This document shows positions 13,109 to 21,962 of a stretch of DNA of 32,000 nucleotides, one piece after another (position 1 is the stretch's first letter; each line of letters starts with the position of its first letter). The position numbers were made by a program, and so were the translations under genes. The notes under the pieces were generated by a model. It saw only the letters and a list, made by a program, of their open reading frames with translations. It was not told where the DNA came from and ran no database searches. Source of the DNA: Zestosphaera tikiterensis (GTDB taxonomy: Archaea; Thermoproteota; Thermoprotei_A; Sulfolobales; NBVN01); NCBI GenBank assembly GCA_003056265.1, contig NBVN01000003.1:1-32000 (forward strand), in the 5' to 3' direction.

Positions 13109-13468
13109 CTACTGTTCTTTCCTCAATTCTAGTTTAAGACCTTGTTCCTTCAGTCTTTCAAAATCTTCATCTTTTGATACTAAGATAAGGTCGTTTGCGA
13201 TAGCTGTTGCTGCTATAAGTAAGTCGGCATCAGAAATTAATTGCCCTTTCTGCTTTAATGATGTGTAAAGTTCACAGTATTTTAACACTACTTTATTATT
13301 AATGCTTAATACCTCGAAGCTCTTCTCAAGCAATTGTTTTGCTTTGCCCCTCTTTCTCGGAGGTATACCTCTAAGTATTTCTATCATAGTGATTATGGAG
13401 ATCGCTCCTTCCTCATATACACCTCTCCTAAGGTTATCTATCAACACGCTTGTATCGATTAACTTCAT
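13109..13468 (-). CDS. vapC: PIN-domain toxin VapC, apparently intact
   Basis: 119 aa. MKLIDTSVLID...ITMIEIL...ISDADLLIAATAIANDLILVSKDEDF carries the four PIN acidic positions. ATGA overlap with the upstream gene. Confidence 0.88.
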   Translation of the reverse strand: MKLIDTSVLIDNLRRGVYEEGAISIITMIEILRGIPPRKRGKAKQLLEKSFEVLSINNKVVLKYCELYTSLKQKGQLISDADLLIAATAIANDLILVSKDEDFERLKEQGLKLELRKEQ

Positions 13469-13692
13469 CTAAGTTTAAATCCCCTCCTAAACTCCTTACT
13501 GGATTCTAACATCCCCTCAAGATCTTCCTCACTAAGTAAATACCTAAGTTCCTCAAAAGCCCTACTCGCCCTAGAGGTTTTTGCCTCCTTATACAATTCC
13601 AACAAAAAACCACTCCAGTCCCGATTCTTTTTTTCCCTCTCAAGCAATTCCTTAACCTCTCTTAAAACAGATATAGTAGCATACTTCCTCAA
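13465..13692 (-). CDS. vapB: VapB-type antitoxin
   Basis: 75 aa. MRKYATISVLREVKELLEREKKNRDWSGFLLELYKE resembles archaeal putative-antitoxin (DUF217-like) N-termini. Translationally coupled to the PIN gene. Confidence 0.8.
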   Translation of the reverse strand: MRKYATISVLREVKELLEREKKNRDWSGFLLELYKEAKTSRASRAFEELRYLLSEEDLEGMLESSKEFRRGFKLR

Positions 13693-13775
13693 CTACATCA
13701 CCATATAACTATATAGTTAAGCAATTATAAATCTATAAACCTACCTCTTCATACCTAATGAAAAAGTCTTTAATT

Positions 13776-13860
13776 GCGGGGGGCTTCACTACCTTAGACT
13801 CCCGCATCGTTCTACTAAACCCCCTTAAGCAAATGCGGAGGAATCCATGAGGAATGAAGA
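13776..13860. ncRNA. Short GC-rich hairpin patch between two TA operons
   Basis: GCGGGGGG at 13776-13783. Bulged stem CTCCCGCAT / ATGCGGAG at 13799-13840. ATGAGGAATGAAG at 13847-13859. Confidence 0.2.
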
Positions 13861-14025
13861 CAAACACAGGATCAGACCTCTAGATTCCTTAATACTTCTT
13901 GAGTTCTCTCTTTGTATTGATGCTTAATAGTAACTTTTGATGTAGGTTTTAAGCCTACTTTCGATAAGTTCACTAGTTCACTACACGGTATTATTAATGT
14001 TATACAACGAAGATTAAGTATTAGC

Positions 14026-14501
14026 TTAAACCAACTTTTGTAGCTTATCTATAAGTGTCTTGTAGTCTTTATCGTCAAGTAAGTAGTAAGACTCAACTCC
14101 AGCTTTTAGAGCGTTATATTTCATGGTCTTGTCATTAGTAATCAGGATGCCGTTAACGTGCTTGGCTACGGCTATGTAATATGCGTCGACTGCTCTGCAC
14201 CCAGTTAGGAGAGCTGTTTCCGCTGCCTTATTATGAACAAGCTCTTCCCCCATAACGTTTACGTGTTCAAGAACCAATCTACTACATTAACGAATTGTTC
14301 CGGCTTGATACTCCTCACTAGCACACCACGAAGCTCTATCTCGAAGAGGAAAGGTTCGTAGATAAGTAAGCCTAGATTAGACAGCCTATCAAGAATAGCT
14401 CTCGCCCTCTCATGTCTATCCCGTCTTTCAGGATAGAGGAGGTAATAGTCTGCAAAGACACTAGCATCAACTATGGCAATATCGATAGTCTGCAAAGGCA
14501 C
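14026..14501 (-). pseudogene. vapC: PIN-domain toxin split by a single frameshift
   Basis: ORF 14259-14501 (MPLQTIDIAIVDASVFADYYL...FVNVVDWFLNT*) and ORF 14026-14277 (LVLEHVNVMGEELVHNKAAETALLTGCRAVDAYYIAVAKHVNGILITNDKTM...) together give one full-length PIN domain. The frames switch around 14259-14277. Confidence 0.75.
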
Positions 14502-14704
14502 TATCTCCTCTCTTCCATATATTCACCAACAACGTCCCAATTCGCTTTAAACCTATATCCGCACGCCTTCTCACTAAACCCTCTAAAAACTTTTCTAGCA
14601 ATTAAGACCTTTAACTCCTCTCCCTCGCTAAGCTCAACATTGTCAAGAGGTCGTAACACACCCTTCTCGTACCTAACTCTAACAGCTTTAGACATTCTCC
14701 ACAC
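14501..14704 (-). CDS. vapB: DUF104/AF2212-like antitoxin
   Basis: MSKAVRVRYEKGVLRPLDNVELSEGEELKV. The likely true start is the ATG at 14695 (MSKAV...). Abuts the split PIN gene. Confidence 0.8.
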   Translation of the reverse strand: MWRMSKAVRVRYEKGVLRPLDNVELSEGEELKVLIARKVFRGFSEKACGYRFKANWDVVGEYMEERR

Positions 14705-15067
14705 CGATATAGAAGATGTGTTTCTGAGCTAATTAGTCTTTTCTATAGCTTGCCTTTCACATTTAGCGTTCGTAACCACACGTGATAATAGTTGTATTTT
14801 CTCAACTCCTAGATATTAAAGCGTTTATTTCCCTCTAGAGGTTTAAACCTTTAGTACCTCATCACTTATGGAAGTGCTTTATAATTAGATGTTTATCCTC
14901 ACGTCTATAAAACTGGTGTAGAACCTTTTAACAACGAGGTTTGCTAAAAAGAAAAATATCGCTGGAGTCGACGAGAGTTAAAAAGAGAAGGTAGTAGGTT
15001 AACTGGCGGAGATGATTGAAACTCATGGGAATAAAGCTCTCTTGTTTTGGATGGTTTATATAAAGAG

Positions 15068-15604
15068 CTATTGGTGTTGTTGAATCTCTAATAGCATTCT
15101 TTTAGCTTCTTCTCGATATTGAGGGTTGGGGCTGTAAGTAAAGGCTATCAACGCCATCTTACACATTCTCTTTCCCCACCCAGAGACTAGGCGTTCACCT
15201 TCTGGACGTTCAGCAAGTTCTTTTAATTCTTTTGGAGATACGTAAATATTCTCTCCTTTCGTTGGCCTTTGATTTATAACGCCCACTGGAATTATGAAAG
15301 CAAAATCTACGATTCTTTTTTCTTTATCTATATAGAGTACGGGATGCATGGTAGGTATAGGTGGCACCTGAATTAATAAACCTGTTTCCTCCTCTACTTC
15401 TCTAGCCAATTCTTCACCAATAATTTTTTCGTTCCTTGCTCTCCAAATATTTTCCTCTTCCATCGTACCTCCTGGAAGTTCCCAATCCCCTTCATATAAG
15501 CAAGGAGCTTCAGACCCCTCTCTTTTTCGTCTTCGCAAAAGGAGTTTCCCACCTCCATCAAAGATTCCAGCAAAAAGACCTACCCTTACCTCCATAACCA
15601 TCAC
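15068..15604 (-). CDS. Nudix hydrolase
   Basis: 178 aa. Nudix-box elements are GGTMEE...REVEEETGL, with extra residues between the Gly and the REx2EE part. Confidence 0.85.
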   Translation of the reverse strand: MMVMEVRVGLFAGIFDGGGKLLLRRRKREGSEAPCLYEGDWELPGGTMEEENIWRARNEKIIGEELAREVEEETGLLIQVPPIPTMHPVLYIDKEKRIVDFAFIIPVGVINQRPTKGENIYVSPKELKELAERPEGERLVSGWGKRMCKMALIAFTYSPNPQYREEAKRMLLEIQQHQ

Positions 15605-15818
15605 CGTCTTGACTCATCCGGAAATGCCTTCCAAAGTTAAGAGTTAGAAAAAGATTAATAACTCCTTTCAAGCAACCTTATAAGTAAGCTTTTGACTAAG
15701 CTAAACCTTGCGTTGAACACGGGTGAACGTTTTTAAGTTTTATGATTTTAAGCTGAGGTTCTTATCGTGTGTTAAAGCGTTTTGTTTAAGTATGTGTTTT
15801 CATATGTGGAGGGGGTGT

Positions 15819-17075
15819 ATGAACTTAAGGTTGGGTGAACTACATCCTGAAACAGTTAAGTATATCGTAAGTGTTGATCCACGTAAACGAGCTTCCCTCG
15901 GCCAATTCTTTACTCCGAAGAGTTTACGTAATGAACTTTTAAAGCATGTTCCAAAGTTTCATAACCCGAAAGTTTTAGATCCTGCTTGCGGTACTGGGGA
16001 GTTTCTGTTATCAGCTAGTGAATACTTCATCGATCCAGACCTTCATTGCTGGGAGGTAGATCCTGAACTTGCTGAAATAGCGAAGAAGGTAGTTCCGAAA
16101 GCTAAGGTTGAGAACGTAGATAGTCTACTAACCCTTTTTGAGGAGAGGTTTGACGTCATTTTAAGTAATCCTCCATACTTTGAGTTTAAACCGTCTGAGG
16201 AGGTTAGGAGGAGATATGAGGAGATACTTTACGGGAGGGTTAACATATACGCTCTCTTCATATACTTAGGTGTAAAGTTGTTGAAACCAAACGGTTATTT
16301 AGCTTACGTAGTTTCTTCCTCAATGAATAACGGCGCTTACTTTAAGAAATTAAGGGAGTTCATAGTTAAGAACTGCGATATTACATACCTTAAAAGGATT
16401 GACAACCCACATATATTCTCCGACCCCAGATATAGGGTTAACCATACATTTCAACTCCTTGTCTTAAAGAAAACTAAAAACACAGGTAAGTACGTATTCA
16501 AATATAAGGAGGTTTTAATATTCAGCGAAAACCACGAATACCTTAAGAAAGTGTTTAACGAAGCACTAACGCTGAAGGACTTAGGGTATAAGGTACTAAC
16601 TGGGAGAGTAGTGTGGAATCAACATAAAGATAAACTTACTCAAAACCCAGGAGAGGGAATCCCGCTAATTTGGGCTCACAACATTAAAAAAGGGAAGCTA
16701 ATACTCAATAACAACGTCAAAAAACCTCAATACATCATATGGCCGGAAAGCAAAGCGGATAAAGGACCCGCTATAGTCGTAACCCGCGTTGTTGGACATC
16801 CTAAAAAAGCCTCACTTAAAGCAGCCCTCATCCCTCCAAACATAGTATTCGTAGCTGAAAACCACGTAAACGTAATTTACCCCCCACCAAACGCTAGCTT
16901 AGAAGAACTCCATGAAATAGTTAAGCAATTAAACTCTAAAAACATCAACAAAATAGTTAGAGAGTTAATAGGAAACACACAAATATCTAAAACAGAACTG
17001 GAAAACCTGATCCCATTAACAAACATTAAATCACAACAAAACAGGACGCATAGCTTGAGTCCAGACACACCATAA
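15819..17075 (+). CDS. Gamma-class N6-adenine DNA methyltransferase, TaqI-like architecture
   Basis: Motifs FFTP, VLDPACGTGEFL (SAM motif I) and ILSNPPY (motif IV), followed by a long C-terminal target-recognition region. I place the start at ATG 15819, preceded by GGAGGGGGTG. The GTG at 15723 given in the ORF track adds an implausible Cys/Phe-rich leader. Confidence 0.88.
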   Translation: MNLRLGELHPETVKYIVSVDPRKRASLGQFFTPKSLRNELLKHVPKFHNPKVLDPACGTGEFLLSASEYFIDPDLHCWEVDPELAEIAKKVVPKAKVENVDSLLTLFEERFDVILSNPPYFEFKPSEEVRRRYEEILYGRVNIYALFIYLGVKLLKPNGYLAYVVSSSMNNGAYFKKLREFIVKNCDITYLKRIDNPHIFSDPRYRVNHTFQLLVLKKTKNTGKYVFKYKEVLIFSENHEYLKKVFNEALTLKDLGYKVLTGRVVWNQHKDKLTQNPGEGIPLIWAHNIKKGKLILNNNVKKPQYIIWPESKADKGPAIVVTRVVGHPKKASLKAALIPPNIVFVAENHVNVIYPPPNASLEELHEIVKQLNSKNINKIVRELIGNTQISKTELENLIPLTNIKSQQNRTHSLSPDTP

Positions 17076-17280
17076 TTATCAACGCTTAGAACCTTCATCC
17101 TTTAGGTCAGGGGGGATTGGTGCTATGGTATTACGTAATGCCTCTATATAAAGTGCCTGCGGGATATGGATCTAAGTTAATGAATTGCTAGGGTGGGAAG
17201 ATTAAATCAAATAGCTGGATGTTAGGTTATGGTTTCTGTATGAAAAGTTTTTGAATTAAGGAGAGTAATATTTTTATGTT

Positions 17281-17811
17281 TTGTATCAATATCCCATTAT
17301 AGGGATTTACGTGAGTTCGGGGTTGAAACATAGGTTTGTTCATGTGCTTAAAGGTTATGAGTTGGTGCTCAGGCTTTACGACCCCTATAGGCGTAGGATT
17401 TACGAATATAACACTATGATAAGACCTACAGGCTATTATTTAAAGCCTATACACGTAGTTTATAAGGCTTTAGGCTACGTTAAGTTAAGGTATGTTTACT
17501 TCGGCAGGTATTGGTATAGACTTCATAAAACACACTCAAGCTCAAGTAAGTATAAGGTTAAATGGATCTACGTAGGGAGGGATAAACCAGATCCTCACCT
17601 ACCGGACCCCCCGTTAAATCCATTCGAAGGTTTACGCATGATCGCCATAAACGACGACATCGTAGTGACTAGGGAGGTTTTTGAAGCTTTAAGAAAGCTT
17701 TCGCAATCAATCCTAGGTGAGGACATATTCGTGGAAGTACCTGAGGAGAAACCGCCTAAGAAAGACCCGTACGAATCCTTAGGTCCTTTAGGTTTTTTCC
17801 TCCCGTTTTAA
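17281..17811 (+). CDS. Hypothetical basic protein with an integrase-N-terminal-like Y/W-rich hairpin motif
   Basis: 176 aa (possibly starting at the GTG about 10 codons in). VKLRYVYFGRYWYRLHK...KVKWIYVGRDKP resembles the KGRxYVY...K.YVG motif of SSV-type Int N-termini, also seen in ORF 24523-24852. The tail is acidic and Pro-rich. Confidence 0.6.
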   Translation: MYQYPIIGIYVSSGLKHRFVHVLKGYELVLRLYDPYRRRIYEYNTMIRPTGYYLKPIHVVYKALGYVKLRYVYFGRYWYRLHKTHSSSSKYKVKWIYVGRDKPDPHLPDPPLNPFEGLRMIAINDDIVVTREVFEALRKLSQSILGEDIFVEVPEEKPPKKDPYESLGPLGFFLPF

Positions 17812-17814
17812 CTC

Positions 17815-19560
17815 TTAATATCTAAGCACTTCAGGACGTTCTAAATTCACCTGCTCACGTATCCTCTCTAAATACTTCTCCCGTTTCTCTTCATCAATCA
17901 AAACCTCCGCAAGTTCTTGAGGTATTTTACTGAATATCGGCGTAGGCTTCTTTATCCTATGGTTTTCTTTAATGAACTTCGACGGTTTATCACCGAAGCT
18001 TAACTTAACCTCCTCTATCCCCATCATATCCAAAAGTTTAGCGGCTGAGTAAGGCGTTATTGGAGTTAACATCAAAGCTATCGTTACAGAGTTTAAGAAA
18101 CTTACGTATAAGGTAGTTTTAACAGATTCGACATCCTCCTTGATTTTAAACCAAGGAGACTTCCTATTTAGGTATTGATTACCTCTCTCCCCTAACTTAA
18201 CTATAGCTTCACTAGCGGCTTTAATTCTAGCTCTACTCATTAAGTTAACGTAATCGCTCCACGACCTATCTATTAAGTCCAGCATCTCGCGATCTTCATC
18301 GTCTAAAGTTGAGATGTTAGGTACTTGAGCGTTGAAGAACCTATATATTAGATTTAAAGTTCTGTTTATATAGTTGCCTATATGGTCGTTTAACTCGTTA
18401 TTCACGAATCTTACGAACTCAACCCACCTAAAATTCGTGTCTTTATCCTCAGGCCTCATCCTAATTAAAGCATACCTCCAGTAATCCGGGTTGTCAACGA
18501 TCTTTAAAGCTTCATCTATCCACACACCAACCCTCCTACTTTTACTGAATTTCTTGCCTTCATACATTAAGTACTCCGTAGCCGATATTATCGTAGGTAG
18601 GTTGTATGGATCGCCACTAGCTATGAGCATTGCCGGCAATATAACCGCGTGGAAAGGTATGTTATCCTTACCTATGAAGTATGCTGTCTTAGCCGAACCG
18701 TTAAACCAGTAATTAACCCACTCATTCTCACGACCTTGCTTAGCGAGGTACTCTATAGTCGCTGATATATAACCTAATAAAGCATCAAACCATACGTATA
18801 TAGTTTTATCTTCAGAGTTCGGGAAGGGTGCCGGTATACCCCACCTATTGTCTCTAGTTACTGACCTAGGCGCTAGACCAGTTGTTTTTATCCAAGATAT
18901 TGTGAAGTTCTTTACGTTAGCGTCAAGCATGTCATGATTTAAAACCCACTCGAGAATCTTACCCTCTAGTAAGTCAAGCCTGAAGAACCAATGGGTCCTT
19001 AGTCTAAACTCAGGTTTAGAACCGCAGAAAACACACCTAGGGTTTATCAAGTCGTGAGGCTCTAAAAGCCTACCGCAATTATCGCATTGATCTCCTCTAG
19101 CACCTTCAAACCCGCAGTAAGGACACGTACCCTCAATAAACCTATCCGGTAGGTATATTTTATCGTTGGGGCAGTAAGGAATTACCTGATCCTTTCTAGA
19201 GATGAACCCCCTTTCATAGATCTTAAGCATTAAATCCCGGACGTATTTCTTATGTACTTCATTCTCAGTCCTTGTGTAGTTATCAAACGATATGTTCCAA
19301 GCCTTCCACAGCTTAACAACGTATTCGTGGGCGCTGTCTGTAAGTTCTTTAGGTTCTATCCCCTTCTTACGCGCCTCCACTTCAATTACAGTTCCGTGTT
19401 CGTCACTACCGCTAACGAAGATTACATCCTCGCCAAACATCCTTAAAAACCTTGCGAAAACGTCAGCAGACAAAACACTACCTATGAGGTTACCTAGATG
19501 AGGTACTGTATTAATGTAAGGCCATGCCGACGTAACCACCCAACGCCCCGTGCCAACCAC
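17815..19560 (-). CDS. metG: Methionyl-tRNA synthetase
   Basis: 581 aa. HIGH-type PHLGNLIG, KMSKS-type KFSKS and Zn knuckles CPYCG...CDNCG...CVFCG. Confidence 0.95.
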   Translation of the reverse strand: MVGTGRWVVTSAWPYINTVPHLGNLIGSVLSADVFARFLRMFGEDVIFVSGSDEHGTVIEVEARKKGIEPKELTDSAHEYVVKLWKAWNISFDNYTRTENEVHKKYVRDLMLKIYERGFISRKDQVIPYCPNDKIYLPDRFIEGTCPYCGFEGARGDQCDNCGRLLEPHDLINPRCVFCGSKPEFRLRTHWFFRLDLLEGKILEWVLNHDMLDANVKNFTISWIKTTGLAPRSVTRDNRWGIPAPFPNSEDKTIYVWFDALLGYISATIEYLAKQGRENEWVNYWFNGSAKTAYFIGKDNIPFHAVILPAMLIASGDPYNLPTIISATEYLMYEGKKFSKSRRVGVWIDEALKIVDNPDYWRYALIRMRPEDKDTNFRWVEFVRFVNNELNDHIGNYINRTLNLIYRFFNAQVPNISTLDDEDREMLDLIDRSWSDYVNLMSRARIKAASEAIVKLGERGNQYLNRKSPWFKIKEDVESVKTTLYVSFLNSVTIALMLTPITPYSAAKLLDMMGIEEVKLSFGDKPSKFIKENHRIKKPTPIFSKIPQELAEVLIDEEKREKYLERIREQVNLERPEVLRY

Positions 19561-19633
19561 CCCCTAAGGTATCTACTTAATATCATCTGTTTAAAACTTA
19601 ATTTAACTGTAACACCACTAAATCTCGGAGTTG

Positions 19634-20770
19634 ATGTTGAGGAAAGCTAGGTCTAAGGTTGCTGAATACCCATTCACAACGGACTTACGGAGCTACTTTG
19701 AAAGAAGCTATGGTTACGCAGTAGACCTCGAGTCTTTACTGAAGATAGAGAAGTTCGTTAAAGCAGCTGTGGAGAGGGTTGAGCAGGCTATCAAGGGTGG
19801 GGAATTCACCACTTACGAAGATTCGGAAGTTGCTTTTGTTTCATTCTACTTGGGTTTATTGCTTGCTGGGGCCTCGGATTATTGGGCCCTACGTAAGTAT
19901 ATAGACGCGGAGGTTAAGAAGTTTATAGATAAGTTAAGTTTTGAGGAAGAATATACGATAATGAACGTTGCGTCATTACTAAACGTTAAAGCTGAACTAC
20001 TGTCTAGTGATGTCAGCTGCGGACATAAAGTAAGCCTTAAAGTAGACTTTAAATCGGGTAAGGAGATCATCGCATGTTTTCAATTTAGGCTTACTATACC
20101 GCATTACCTACACTACGCTGAAAAACTCTTAATCGACCCTAAATGGTCGTTACTCAATCAGTACGTTGACTCTGGATACGTATATCTCGTAAAGAAGGAC
20201 TTCGTTAGACTCTTAGAAGAACCTCTTAAAAACTACTTAATAAACGTTTACAACGATTTAAGCATTGATGTGGACGTGCTTAATGAAATCAAGCCCTACA
20301 TACAGCAAATAAGGAAAGTCGTCAAAGAAGTTAGAGGTTTTACAAGCGATGAAATCCCTGAAAAAAGGGAAGAACAGTTTAAGGAAGTAGTTGAGGAAGC
20401 ATTCCCACCATGCATTAAACAACTTATAGACGCTTTAAGAAACAACGTCCACTTAACCCACCATCAAAGATTCGCCGTAGCGACTTTCCTACTCAACATA
20501 GGTGCATCGATAGATTACGTCCTCAACCTTATGAAGTTCGCACCCGATTACGACGAACGTATAGCAAGATATCAGATAGAACATCTAGCTGGTTTAAGAG
20601 GTGGGAGAAAGCAGTATAGAGTCTACAGCTGCGATAAGATGAAGGTTTTAGGACTTTGCGTAGCTAACTGCGGCACTAAAACACCTCTTCAATACTATAG
20701 GAGAGCTACGTCCAAACCTAAAGAAAGCGTTAAACGAAGAAGGAAATACGCTCATACCCGGAAGTCTTAA
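19634..20770 (+). CDS. priL: DNA primase large subunit PriL
   Basis: About 378 aa. FPPCIKQLIDALRNNVHLTHHQRFAVATFLLNIG and the C-terminal Cys ligands (YSC...GLCVANC) are typical of the Fe-S domain. ATG 19634 is preceded by GGAG. Confidence 0.9.
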   Translation: MLRKARSKVAEYPFTTDLRSYFERSYGYAVDLESLLKIEKFVKAAVERVEQAIKGGEFTTYEDSEVAFVSFYLGLLLAGASDYWALRKYIDAEVKKFIDKLSFEEEYTIMNVASLLNVKAELLSSDVSCGHKVSLKVDFKSGKEIIACFQFRLTIPHYLHYAEKLLIDPKWSLLNQYVDSGYVYLVKKDFVRLLEEPLKNYLINVYNDLSIDVDVLNEIKPYIQQIRKVVKEVRGFTSDEIPEKREEQFKEVVEEAFPPCIKQLIDALRNNVHLTHHQRFAVATFLLNIGASIDYVLNLMKFAPDYDERIARYQIEHLAGLRGGRKQYRVYSCDKMKVLGLCVANCGTKTPLQYYRRATSKPKESVKRRRKYAHTRKS

Positions 20771-21239
20771 CACCTTTCTTAACCTTAAGAAGCATTACAT
20801 TATTGCCTAACCTTTCATAAGGCATGCCGAAATCAGCATCAACTACTTGAATTCCGCTATGGAAAATCCACAGCACCGTATAATCGTATTCTGAAACCTC
20901 CGGTTCATATATGTTCTCGTAAACGTTCAAACCTTTGATGAAATCGCCTTTAAAAACGATTATGAAGTTTATATATGGCCTCTTCGGCGAGGTTCTAAAA
21001 CCTACATCAACAGCCATTACCTTAGGTTTAACCACCTTCCCATTTATCTTAACGATCTCCTCATCTAAGAATGCCTGCATCCTTTCCTTAATGTTAGAAA
21101 CCTCCTCTTCCCTAAGGCTATCTACTCTAATCGTTTCGTAAAACTCCTTACGTACATCCACATACTCAAAGAATATGTTTTGAATGAAAACACCATCTAA
21201 CGAAACGAAAAACACTCCATGACCGTAAATGGGCTTCAA
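20730..21239 (-). CDS. Hypothetical protein, co-transcribed with the Lrp/AsnC regulator
   Basis: 169 aa. 4-nt overlap with the upstream regulator gene. Convergent 41-nt overlap with the priL 3' end. No motif recognised. Confidence 0.7.
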   Translation of the reverse strand: MKPIYGHGVFFVSLDGVFIQNIFFEYVDVRKEFYETIRVDSLREEEVSNIKERMQAFLDEEIVKINGKVVKPKVMAVDVGFRTSPKRPYINFIIVFKGDFIKGLNVYENIYEPEVSEYDYTVLWIFHSGIQVVDADFGMPYERLGNNVMLLKVKKGVKTSGYERISFFV

Positions 21240-21691
21240 GTAACTAAAACCTTCCTATCCTCTTTAATTACCCTAAGAACAACTATAGTTGTAGATTTCT
21301 GAACGCCTTCTATAGAGCCTAAAGAGTCCAGCAACTCCGACAACTCCTTATGATCTTTAACGAAAGCCTCAATTAAGAACGTCCACTCTCCAGTTATGTC
21401 ATAAATGACTTTAATTTGAGGGTATGTCAGGAGCTTCTGCGCAACATCATTATATTTCTTAAGATCTACATTAAGAAGTATTAAAGCACGTAAGTTAACG
21501 CCAACTATCTCCGGCGGTACTTCAGCAACTATTCTCTTAATATATCCTTTCTCCTTAAGCTTCTTAATGCGCATGTAGACTGTTGAGGGACTCACCCCTA
21601 AAATCCTACCTATCTCAGCATATGTTAAATCGGCGTTGTCCTGTAGGATATTAAGCAACTTTCGATCTACATCATCTAAATCCACGGGCAT
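21236..21691 (-). CDS. Lrp/AsnC-family transcriptional regulator
   Basis: 151 aa. HTH DRKLLNILQDNADLTYAEIGRILGVSPSTVYMRIKKLKEKGYIKR followed by a RAM-like C-terminal domain. Confidence 0.9.
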   Translation of the reverse strand: MPVDLDDVDRKLLNILQDNADLTYAEIGRILGVSPSTVYMRIKKLKEKGYIKRIVAEVPPEIVGVNLRALILLNVDLKKYNDVAQKLLTYPQIKVIYDITGEWTFLIEAFVKDHKELSELLDSLGSIEGVQKSTTIVVLRVIKEDRKVLVT

Positions 21692-21962
21692 TCATATCAC
21701 CAAATATTTTTTAATTTTCAAATATATAAAAACTTCACTCTTATTTATATTTTTCCTCAGTCATAATTCAACTTTTTCTGGAGTCGTAGATAGTACATAC
21801 TAAATCTTAACTTTTGTTTGTATATAGGAATGCCCATCATTACGTATTAAATCTCAGGATCGTTAAACCTAGAAACGTAGGGATACGGAGTTTTTGGCTC
21901 TTTAATAAACTTACTGTCGAGAAGTTGTTAAACTAGTGTAAGTGCGTTTTAAATGTGGCTTA

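Noticed and set aside
12030-15075. Apparent homology between patch 11981-12190 and 14940-15075 (shared GAAAAATATCG and AAGAGCTATTG).
   Set aside because: Exact 11-mer matches are expected more than 100 times by chance within 32 kb. One of them is the Nudix stop-codon region. There is no extended alignment.
15723-15818. The GTG-initiated 32-codon N-terminal extension of the methyltransferase given in the ORF track.
   Set aside because: The extension is Cys/Phe-rich with no similarity to methyltransferase N-termini. ATG 15819 has a strong GGAGGGGGTG just upstream.
17770-17811. The C-terminal ...ESLGPLGFFLPF of ORF 17281-17811, considered as a PCNA-interacting PIP box.
   Set aside because: The register puts Pro at the required hydrophobic position and there is no Gln. 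It does not fit Qxx(L/I/M)xx(F/Y)(F/Y).
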